From: Sphacelaria rigidula | Lineage: Eukaryota | NCBI GenBank assembly: GCA_964200075.2 | Contig: CAXNAA020000026.1 | Span: 1-34,340, forward strand | DNA: 34,340 nucleotides | Direction: 5' to 3' | Part shown: in pieces, positions 25,801 to 34,340 of the stretch | Layout of the letters: the number at the start of each line of letters is the position of its first letter | Position numbering within the stretch: the first letter of the stretch is position 1 | Position numbers and translations under genes: made by a program | The notes under the pieces: generated by a model | What the model saw: only the letters and a program-made list of their open reading frames with translations | The model's database searches: none | Told to the model about the DNA's origin: nothing

Positions 25801-28800
25801 TCTTGAGCTTTAAAAAATTGCCAGTGTCCCGCACCAAGAACAACCGCAATGCTGAGATTGCGTATATACTCTGCCTACGAAGTATAGTGGCACGACCCAT
25901 GCATACGCCGAACCCCAAAAATCACAGAAAACATCCTGCGACGGCTCATAACCGTGAGCGAGGTATGGTAGGGGTGGTATGTATATACAAAGCTGTAGAT
26001 GGTTACCTTCAGGAGTGGGCCCATCTGCAACTCCACCTCGGGCACGATCCTCTTGAGATCGTCCATCAGTGACACCACGCGACTGGCTTGCACCTCCATC
26101 TCGGCCACCTGTGTACACGACGCATTGTGGTGCTGACTTCGACGCCATACATATATCAAGTATATACATCAAACATTAAACCAGGCAACCCAACAAATGT
26201 GTTTTATCCTCTTGCCATTCATGGTAGTGTCAAAACGTGCCGGGTGTGTACTGGGTCTAGAGACTTGGAACGCGATGCCTGAGGTCGCCTTCACCTGTAA
26301 TTTCTCCCTACGCAACTGCGCCAAAACTGCAAGGCTCCTGTCCATGAGCAGTTGCATGTGACCTTTTTTCTCGTGGAAGTGGAGTAGCTGCCGCTGCACC
26401 GACACCACATCCTGGAACACCTCATTTTGGTCGGCGCTCTTCGATATCTTCCTCCTAATCCCCTCTTTGGCCTATGGGGAGAGTTTACGATCGAATGGGT
26501 GCAGAAATGACATCGCTCTCCATTGCTATCGACGTCGCTTGAACACACGAAACTGATACTTAGACCGGGCTTTTAATAAATCACAAACGGGAGTAAATGC
26601 CGGATACCTTCGGTGTTCATGACGGGCACACGAAATCGACGTGCGCGAAAAACGTAGAAGGAGTAGACGCTGGCGACAAACTACTTGGAGCGTTAGTTTC
26701 GAGCTTCCACTCCGAGTTTATCTATGCTCCGTGCGTCACGCCGGATCCAACTAGCGATGCCCCCATGCAGCCTGGTACAGACAAAACTGCGACACAAGCC
26801 CGATCACAGATGCAACGACACCGAATGGAGAAGAAGAAAATGTTCTTTCGTATACGATGAAAATGAGATACTTCGAGAACATGTGGACTTGCCTTTGATG
26901 CGAACTGCAGGAGTGCGTTGATGTCTGCTTCGGTCACCGCAACCATAGCCGGACCTGACATGGTATTGTTTTCCGCTGGTTGGCCCGTCTCGAAGTGTGC
27001 TATCACCGGCGACCCCCTCACGGGGCCGGCGACCCCTCCGAACGTACCCTTGAAATTGACACATATCTCGTAATCCCCAGGAGCAGGCGGTATCCAGCTG
27101 ATGATGTAAGTGCCGTCCTCGCAGTATTCATTTCGTCTCACCTGATATGAGCAAGCGTGTCGTAAAACATGCAGGCATTTGAAATACTCTGCAGCATCGC
27201 TCCCTTGCTACGATGTCCCAACCACGTGAATCGTACGCTACTAAAGTCGTTGTACACCCTATGCGCAAAACGCCAACTGAACACCATGATGAGCACCAGC
27301 ACCATCACCAGTTGAACAACATTTGACGTAAACTTCCGTTATGTCATCATGTTCGAACGCTCGAGCATTCTCTCACCGTAATTCTGGACCTGTTTTCACC
27401 GTGCCCTCCGGTGGAGCTCTCATCATCATCTCTTTCTGCGCCCGCAGCCGGTTCTTCTTCGCCGTAGTCCTCGCTCATCAGGAAAAACACACGCACGTCA
27501 AACTCGTCGCCCCCAAACTCTCGATTATTGTTGTCTCCGTCCCGGGCCTGATTTTGAGGGAGTGTACAACGCATGCGTTCGGAGCAGGAATGTACAAATA
27601 ACCAAGGATAGGATGGGGTTGAATGGGCAGGGGTGATGAAGGATGAAACTGCATAACGATTTATCGTGCGAGAGGTGACTGCGTCGCTGAGAGCACTAGA
27701 TCATGACCGTTCACCTGAATAACAAAAGTAGTTTCCCTTCCAGGAGCGCCCTCCTCCAAAAGTCCCGGTCCATACATGAAACAAAACTTTGCATCGGTGA
27801 CGGGGAAGAAGGTGAAGTCTGCCTTGGTTGTCGTGAAGCTCTCACCAGCCAGACAAACTCGAACATCCACTGTTCCCGGGGCTATGCCAGTCTCAGTAAA
27901 GTTGGGGGAAATGCACGTGATGCGCGTCTGGCTAACGAAAGTACCTTTGACGTCGACGAACTGCTTTCGACGAGCGAAACGGATCTGTGCAGAAGATGTA
28001 GAGCAGTCAGATCACCAGTAGTAGTTGCGCTCAGATGGCATATACTTCGAGGTCGCCATCAACACCACAGATGGGGGGAGTGGCGCATGACCTGACGGCT
28101 GCCAGGCTTTGTACTAGAAGGCGTCTCAGGGGGATCAGGTACTCATTATCAAAGGTGCGCGTCGTGGACGGAGAGCTTCGCTGAAATTAGGAAGTACGTA
28201 CAGTACCACCAAGAATTGTCGACAAATTTCAGGAAACGTCGTTTTATTTTTTCTATTTTTAGAATCGCAGAAAAGTCTACCCTCACCGTCACGTCCTCCG
28301 TGTTGATGAAGTCAATTCCATAAACCTCAAGCAAGCTTTCACCAGTGATGGGGCCGTTGTCTGGCCTCACGTCTACGATGGCGTATGGTGGACCCACGAT
28401 GGAACCAACGTCCAGAGTATAGCCATCGCTGAACCACCGATTTGCCCAGCCTCCCCACAGAACAAGCTTTCCACCCTGGCAAGACGATACAAAAATCTAG
28501 ATCCAGCTGCAAACGCCTTGCTTGACTGACGACGACTTTAAAAAATGGCTATTATAACATATCCAACAAGAAGTTATCCGGCGAAAACTAATAGGTGGAT
28601 GCTGTTTCGGTTAATTGGTAATTAATTGATTGTCGCACGTCACCCGATCCACTCGTGTATATGAATGTATGAATCCGGACATGGTCACAAGACAGATGTG
28701 CCAACGGTAATCTGCCCAAGGTAATCTGCCCAAGGTATTCTCCGGTAGATACGTACGTACGAGGGAAGGGTACGATTCGCGCTTCGAACGGGGAGCCCTC

Positions 28801-30440
28801 CTGACCTGACCAAACTTTCACCTGATGATAGTACTCTAGCTGTGTGTCACTCCTCGGCAGCGGTGGATCTCCCTGCACGTCTGGATGCATCCAACATTCC
28901 ATTCCAGTGTCAAATATAGCAACATCGTTCATGCAAGTCCCCTGACGGTTCGCGTCGGTAATCTCGCCTCCAACGCCTCCAAACACAAAGATTTTCCAGT
29001 TGGGTACTGATTGCACCGCGTATGTGGCATGAGACCAACGTGGCACATCCATTGTTCCGTTTTCAACCTGTCAACCGCATGTGAAAGAGCGATTTTGTGT
29101 GCATTCTCACATCTACCCTGGCGTAAGACCACTCCGTGGAATGGAATGGCGCGCACGTGACACATCCAGGGAGGCTGGTTAGTAAAGAGCACACCCAATA
29201 TTGCACGTTTTACCACAAACGATCAACTTTAAGCCTCAGCATCTTCGCCATAGCGCAACCGCGCTCACCTCAATCCACACCGGTGGATCTACTTCAGTTT
29301 CCAACGCGTACATGTCCTTGAACTCGGTCGTTGTAGATCGGCCTCCGATGACAAACATTGTACTGTCTACTGCCACCGCGCTGTGTTCTGAACGACGACC
29401 AGGTCCACGACCTTTCGGCGAAACCTGACGATTCGGGAGAACTGTACATTACCGGAGAATGCACATTACGACTAGTCGTGTTCCAAATATGGTGGAGCAA
29501 GTGCATTATTCCTGGTGCGGCAGGCTGTACGATCCACTACGAGCTCTATATGCTGAAGATGGACAGAACGTATAGCTGGAACATTCCCGACGCGACCACG
29601 GGAGGGGAGGGGCATAATAAACTTCGCGAGGAAGACGACGACGCTCGCATCGGCACTTTATCGTCAACAAGAGAGAAAATTCACACCGTGGCACTGTGGT
29701 TGTGAGCGTACCTTGATCCATTTCCACAGCTCTAGGTCCAAAACATGCACGTCCTCCAAATCCTTTCGGCTATACAACGCTCCACCGTATCCTCCGTAAA
29801 CCCAGAGCTGGGATCCAATGCAGCAAGCGGAGTGTCCACCCCTCGGGGAGAACAAGGTCGATTTCTGCTCCACGGGGGGCGTTTTCTCCTCCCATTGTCG
29901 AGACACAACGCTGTACATCCACACATCATTCAACCGAATACTGGAGGACTGAAACCCACCGACAATCAATATTCTGCGTGGGCAGGACAGAGGGAAAGAA
30001 AATACGACGTGGCGGTTAGCCGTCCGCGACACGAGCGAGGTTTGCGCGCAAACCTCCATGTGCACGGCATTCGTCTTCTCTACGGAAAGGCAAAGGTAGC
30101 GAACCCAATCCAATAGCCTGTAAGAGATTGAAAGAGGCCCAAGCTGTGGCTGTTGCACAGTTGCACCTGGAAAAACTTCAAAATCTACTGGAAAAGGTCT
30201 CCGCACCAGGTCACACACTTCTAACATAGAGTATCGCGACGGATGCAAGCGCTGCAGCAGGTCGTGATCGAGTACACGACATGCACTCTGTAACGACTAA
30301 TTGTCATGCCTGTTGTCCCCGATATAGGACGCTGTGTGCTTCCAACGAGGAGAGGGCCAGGCGAGCGTGCAGACCGCGGGTGGATCGGCAGGTCTTTGAG
30401 GTCTTGCTGGGGATGTGTGACCAAGGGCGACGGTGTCCAC
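616..30440 (-). CDS. ODA11: Axonemal outer-arm dynein heavy chain, Kelch/IPT/filamin-type (alpha-HC/ODA11-like, DYH5-like); multi-exon, partial at both ends
   Basis: Exons traced 5'->3' with AG/GT(GC) boundaries and continuous frame: 30310-30440, 29712-29973, 29269-29424, 28822-29067, 28287-28475, 27715-27984, 27377-27547, 26893-27141, 26295-26471, 26007-26108, 25611-25742, 25251-25364, 24900-25043, 24292-24501, 23804-24001, 23454-23588, 23113-23250, 22821-22918, 22370-22616, 21990-22145, 21702-21809, 21202-21345, 20823-21017, 20396-20552, 19935-20203, 19599-19748, 19172-19321, 18741-18878, 18354-18488, 17923-18132, 17396-17713, 16772-16917, 16253-16418, 14295-14491, 13894-14076, 13499-13583, 12976-13167, 12611-12784, 12000-12190, 11614-11686, 11171-11359, 10906-10989, 10504-10656, 9990-10244, 9668-9856, 9249-9305, 8726-8974, 8356-8490, 7830-8078, 7200-7703, 6627-7061, 6208-6354, 5871-6017, 5423-5551, 5142-5252, 4620-4843, 3776-4218, 3450-3673, 2172-2564, 1752-1960, 616-787. 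Hallmark motifs: [105 protein letters not shown]. The symbol is the Chlamydomonas name, assigned from domain architecture rather than a phylogeny. Confidence 0.95.
1075..1640. repeat. Degenerate tandem array, about 3 units of ~165 bp, in intron 788-1751
   Basis: caagtatggccggtcttgaccacttggatacagtatg (from 1164) recurs as caagtattgccggtattgattgcttggatacagtatg (from 1333). The block tccaagac...cttgactt.aaactacgaa...acttgggttt...tacatgta recurs near 1381 and 1544. Confidence 0.75.
3042..3084 (+). mobile_element. Short interspersed element, truncated copy A (inverted relative to copy B)
   Basis: Reverse complement matches 3232-3274 at 41 of 43 nt. It is followed by (TA)n. Confidence 0.75.
3212..3276 (-). 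mobile_element. Short interspersed ~65-bp element, copy B
   Basis: gtagtcattcgttgcttgccttagtcgtttgaccattgaccacgcatccctctcgaaacggagca; 6 mismatches and 1 gap versus 11714-11777. Orientation is inferred. Confidence 0.75.
5871..9305 (-). CDS. Dynein HC exons 46-53: stalk coiled coil, microtubule-binding domain, AAA5 and buttress
   Basis: [113 protein letters not shown]. Confidence 0.94.
6107..6190. repeat. Tandem duplication of a 42-bp unit containing a 14-bp palindrome
   Basis: ctgaccacgtggtcatctt...catatggcgagcct starts at 6107 and 6149. Each copy has the perfect palindrome TGACCACGTGGTCA. Confidence 0.85.
9668..14491 (-). CDS. Dynein HC exons 34-45: AAA3 (P3) and AAA4 (P4)
   Basis: P3 GPAGTGKT (exon 14295-14491), [41 protein letters not shown]4 GVGGSGKQS (exon 11171-11359), [28 protein letters not shown]. 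Confidence 0.95.
11714..11777 (-). mobile_element. Short interspersed ~65-bp element, copy C, flanked by 14-bp direct repeats
   Basis: Homologous to 3212-3276. AAGTCGAGGCGGGG occurs at 11693-11706 and 11779-11792. Confidence 0.75.
12335..12584. mobile_element. MITE-like element (~250 bp, ~30-bp terminal inverted repeats)
   Basis: gacactttctacgatagc(c)n aaaa at 12335-12365 is the reverse complement of tttt(g)n ctatcgtagaaagtgtc at 12555-12584. The interior is non-coding and I see no clear target-site duplication. Confidence 0.7.
16253..20552 (-). CDS. Dynein HC exons 24-33: AAA1 (P1) and AAA2 (P2)
   Basis: P1 Walker A GPAGTGKT (exon 20396-20552), Walker [11 protein letters not shown]2 GQAGAGKS (exon 18354-18488), [21 protein letters not shown]. 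Confidence 0.95.
20823..26471 (-). CDS. Dynein HC exons 9-23: tail/linker (DHC_N2-like) leading into AAA1
   Basis: [108 protein letters not shown]. Confidence 0.92.
26893..27984 (-). CDS. Dynein HC exons 6-8: IPT/TIG and filamin-like Ig domain
   Basis: [16 protein letters not shown] (IPT/TIG); [38 protein letters not shown]...[22 protein letters not shown]...VRGSP (filamin repeat consensus). Confidence 0.85.
28287..30440 (-). CDS. Dynein HC exons 1-5: Kelch repeats (beta-propeller) and start of IPT/TIG domain
   Basis: [24 protein letters not shown]...[27 protein letters not shown]...[44 protein letters not shown]...IFVFGGV...[16 protein letters not shown]...LVLWGGW. Each matches the Kelch PR..H / GG / W consensus. 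Confidence 0.9.
28706..28737. repeat. 14-bp tandem duplication (intronic)
   Basis: ggtaatctgcccaa x2 followed by ggta. Confidence 0.8.
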
Positions 30441-31752
30441 CTAGCGTTCTCGTCATGGCAGGAAATATACGCATCGCAACCAGGTAGGCGTTTAGCCTCC
30501 AGGATAGCATGATATTTAGATATTTAGACATATAGTAATTATGGTACAGAGTATGAGATTCATATGAAAGGAAAAGCTGCAAAACCCTTGCCCTGTCATG
30601 ACTTTTTCTGAGCATTGTTTTTGAGTCGCGTAGCATGCGTTTGTTTCGTTGTCCGTCCTAAATACCACATAAAAGCCCATCGCGCCAATTCTGAGCCCCC
30701 TGGCCCCATGGAAAGCAGAGGCAACCCGGCTTCATGGTGAAATTTTTACCGTTTGGTGGCCTCAACATCATGTCTCGGTCATGCCAACAAACGGGAATGC
30801 CACTGAGGCACCGACAAGGGAGAAAATCAAACGTGTTCCGGTTTACCGGAGCTGAGATTATGAATTAGCCATAGGAATATGATCAATTTGTACCGATAGA
30901 GGAAATAGTATTTCCAGACGTTACGTCCAACTTTCGATCTGATTATTTGATCGGAGTTTTTGCTATTATAGAGAGAGTTTCCTAACACACGGAGCTTCGC
31001 GACAAAATTTTCTACTAGAGTCAATGTTTCATCAATGCAAACGGAAAAGGAGTGGTGTGGCAAGAGCTTGTAAGCCGCTTGCATAGAAAAGTCAAGGTTT
31101 CCAATATGTAGAAAGAACGACAGATGGTGGAATGGATTCTTGGGACGATTTATATGAGTACACGTCTGGAAGCTTCATAAAAATGGTTCCTGCACCGGTC
31201 TTAGCCGGTTTGTATGTATAACCATATGAGATATTTTTCAATGAGAGAGAACGTGAAGCTTTTAGACAAGGTCTGCCGCGACAACTCCCTTACCCTGTAT
31301 TGCCACACTGTACGAAATTCACCAAGGTATTCGTGTATGACCTTCTCGTGTTCTCGGTACCCCAAATGTTGCTACTGTAGCGGTATACGCGGACTGAAAC
31401 GATCCTCAGCAGACAAACATGGATAACAACGGCACCGATGTGTAAAAAGAGACAAACTAGCTATTGTATCGCTGGAGCGCAGTGGTATAGACGTGACACT
31501 TCCAGACATGAGGATCAAAACGATGAAGCTATACACTATGTAGAGTAAGAGGGCAAGTGTCCCCATTTCTGGGGAACGTGATGATATACCGCAACTGGCT
31601 GGAAATACAAAATTCTCCCCTCACATAACTACACATATCATTAATCAAGTCAATAAACCATATAGTTATGTAGACTTGCTCGAAGAAAAACAAATTTACC
31701 GGTTTTGTCACAGCTGCTGTAAGTTATTTGATTCCATGGTACTATATCGGTC

Positions 31753-32005
31753 GCCCCGGTGGCTCACTTGGTAACCTCGGAACCTCCTGACAGTTGGGTC
31801 GTGGGTTCAGATCTCGGAGCGATCTGGGATTTTTCCTCACGTAATGCCCAACAGTGGAGAGCGACTATAATATATCGTGGGTACACAAAATTCGACTTGA
31901 CGGTCGACGAGGGAAAGGGACTGCTGAACCCCCCTCGCGATAAAAAATAAAGGCCAGCGCCGCAGAAGGAAGGTGGAGTACTAAAAACAAACAAAAAAGA
32001 AAAAA
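31753..32005 (+). mobile_element. tRNA-derived SINE-like element
   Basis: A-box-like TGGCTCACTTGGT (31760-31772), B-box-like GGTTCAGATCTC (31804-31815), an unrelated body and an A-rich tail at 31983-32005. The 3' boundary is uncertain. Confidence 0.6.
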
Positions 32006-32486
32006 CTCCTGTGCTGATCTTCCTCCTGTGTGACCCCGGCTGGTGCGCCCACATATACCGAAAGGTGTAATCAGGCGTCCAGAATAGATGTGACGACAAT
32101 ACACACATGGATATAAACTTGACGAGCTCAGTAGGAGCTTGCGCAGGTTTGAAATAAATTTTGGGAAACAAGAGTAACGATAAGTGATGCGGATATTGAA
32201 GGATCAGAGTATAAGTAGAGGGTTGATGATTCTTCAGGAAGTTTTGAGGTTTTCCGCCGCATTACGGAAGAGTCGATATAAATCGACAATAGCGAAAAGT
32301 GCATGGGTATGCGTGTGAGCGAGTTCGTGTTCTTGTGCCTGTGACTGTGTGCGCGTCCGTGTGTATGAGAAGGACAGGGGTGAATTCGTTAGTAGACATG
32401 ATTCGTGGGTTGAATACAATGCTAGTTTTTTAAGTTAATTTACGTAGATCTAACGTAATTCAAGTTTACTTGAACCGCAAAGACAA

Positions 32487-32514
32487 AGAGAGAGAAAGCG
32501 AGAGAGAGAGAGAG
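32487..32514. repeat. (GA)n microsatellite, interrupted
   Basis: agagagagaaagcgagagagagagagag. Confidence 0.85.
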
Positions 32515-32711
32515 CAAGGAAGAAGAAAACGGAGAAAGATTACAACACGTTCGACGGCAGTCCCGATTGTCCCCAGCAAGACATTATTCCCAATCTCCAA
32601 TCTTCGTCGACCACTATTACAGTATTCTAGGAAACTCGGCCCACGTTAGACACAGCTGACAATCCTCCCACCCGACTTTTCTTCGATGGAAGTCAGTGCG
32701 GTAGTGCATAC

Positions 32712-33258
32712 CTGATTGTTCGACATCAATAAATCTGGTGCGGTGTTATTACCGGATGTCCCCTACAACCGCCAAATTGACGAGAAACTAAGTTGGGAAG
32801 GCATTTTAATGTCCCGGCTTTATGTACAGTGCAGTACAGGCAGTTGTGCATGTTCACGGAACACGCGCTCACCCCGAAATCCGCGCACACAGGTAAGAAA
32901 TGTGTGGGAAGAAGTTTTGAGTCATGGCAAATACTGTCGAGTTACCGTTTGTTTGGTGGCGAGTCCGCTGTGAGCGTCTTGCAGCATGAAGCTCATAACT
33001 GTAGCTGATGTTGGCCCGGCACCGCTATTCGATTTTCAAGCTCCTTGCTGTTCATATTCAAACCTCCATTCCAAAGTTGCGACCAATTGCTCCTGACTCA
33101 TACATATTCTCGTTTTTGTTGCTGCTCCTTCACTCCCTCACCATTTCGCAGGAACATAAAAATGACCTTTGTGGGTACCGCAGTCCCGCCGCAGAAGAGG
33201 TGTAATGTCCTGCAAGTGCAAACGTGCCCGCTGCTTGATCATCTGCTAGATCTTTGCC
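32712..33258 (-). CDS. Two putative phase-0 coding exons (33142-33258, 32712-32762) of unassigned gene
   Basis: Both have TAG acceptors, GTGAGG or GTATGC donors, lengths 117 and 51 nt, and are open only in phase 0 (GKDLADDQAAGTFALAGHYTSSAAGLRYPQRSFLCSCEM; GTSGNNTAPDLLMSNNQ). No recognised homology. Confidence 0.3.
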
Positions 33259-33674
33259 CTACACGGGGGAAGGAGGCGAGCACTGCGGCTACAGTACTAG
33301 TACTAAACACTGCTACAAAGTGATGCATTGGTCACTCTTGTCATTTTTCTATCCTGCTTTAGTGGCCATGTTGCTTTTGAAGCATTACAAGCCTGACATG
33401 ACGTCAGATTTCGTTCTTTAGACAAGAACACCGGGAACAGTCCGACGCAATTCCACCCATGATCATGCCAACTTCTCGTACAACCTCTACCATGGCTTCA
33501 TCAACCTCACTTTCCCCTCCCTCACGGAACTATTGTATTTGACTCTGGTTCATTTCACTACTCTCGTACTAAACCTGCTCCTTGTCGTGCAAAGGGTAGA
33601 ATAGAAAGAAGGGTATAGTCGGGTGTCGACAACCAGGGTAGCCTGCAATGCTGTTGTCGACAGTTGATGCCTGC

Positions 33675-34257
33675 ATACCCCGTGAATATAGAGTATTCTC
33701 GGCCGACGGTATCCTCGTTACCCGGAGTATTCAGTACTTTTTCTCTCGGTGCTCCACGTACCACGCCGGGGTATTTCGGAAGCGGGTACCCGAGCTTCCC
33801 GGAGTCATCCAGTACTTTCAGCGGTCGGTACCCTGCGTACCTCAAGTACTCAGCACTTGTAGCCATTACTACGGTCACCAGACAGAGTATTTCGGGGTAC
33901 GGGTACACGACGTAGCCTCACGTACTCAGTGCTTTCGGTAGTTGATACCCAGCGTACCCTGAAACTGAGCATTTTTGTAGGGCGGTATCTTGGGGTACAC
34001 GGCATCCTCAGTACGTGTACTCAGCACAATGGACACCACACCAAGTAGCTGAGGGGGCGGGTACCCGAGGTGAGCGGAGGAAGTCCGCACTTTCGGTCGT
34101 CAAGACCCTGGGTACTCAAGGTACTCTGCACCTGTGCTCAGGACTCTAGTTATCACACCGTGTATGGTGGAGGCGGATGCCTGAGTGTTTCTGGATACCG
34201 AAGAGTACCGAGTACTGTTCCCCTGCATAGGTTCCACAGCCGATTTATCGAGTACTG
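33675..34257. repeat. GTAC-rich low-complexity repetitive element
   Basis: Dense recurrence of GGGTACCC, GAGTAC, GTACTC and CAGTACT motifs, with GCGGGTACCCGAG twice. Confidence 0.65.
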
Positions 34258-34270
34258 ACTTTTGCCTGTA

Positions 34271-34291
34271 TTGTTGTTGTTGTTGTTGTTG
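34271..34291. repeat. (TTG)7 microsatellite
   Basis: ttgttgttgttgttgttgttg. Confidence 0.9.
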
Positions 34292-34340
34292 TCTTCACAT
34301 TAAAAGCCGTTCCGATATCTGCGCGGTACATTGGTACTGG

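Noticed and set aside
300..29800. Numerous plus-strand ORFs (e.g. 11510-12259, 9820-10284, 7607-7936)
   Set aside because: They are antisense shadows of dynein exons or introns, with no recognisable domains or coherent exon chain.
616..30440. Fragmented dynein ORFs suggesting a pseudogene or several genes
   Set aside because: All fragments join in frame through canonical or GC-AG splice sites, and all four P-loops are intact.
33558..33941. Three overlapping ORFs of 83-116 aa
   Set aside because: They arise from the GTAC-rich repeat; biased composition and no family motif.

Overview
Eukaryotic, intron-dense genomic DNA. The intron density, phase-0 bias and repeat style suggest a brown alga or other stramenopile, but this is inference. 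About 30 kb is a single minus-strand axonemal dynein heavy chain gene. I traced 61 exons by hand between 30440 and 616 (11,604 nt, about 3,868 aa, frame-consistent at every junction). The protein has an N-terminal Kelch-repeat + IPT/TIG + filamin-like region, then tail/linker, AAA1-4, stalk/MTBD, AAA5, AAA6 and the start of the C-terminal domain. This architecture marks the outermost outer-arm heavy chain class (Chlamydomonas alpha-HC/ODA11, Tetrahymena DYH5). The 3' end runs off the left edge and the true start exon is unresolved. Introns and the upstream region hold small repeats: a ~65-bp interspersed element in 3 copies with G-rich direct repeats, a MITE-like element, two tRNA-derived SINE-like sequences, a degenerate ~165-bp tandem array, a GTAC-rich repeat and microsatellites. 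Almost all other ORFs in the track are antisense or alternative-frame shadows. I see no evidence of a wholly new biological system; the notable points are gene-structural and mobile-element features.
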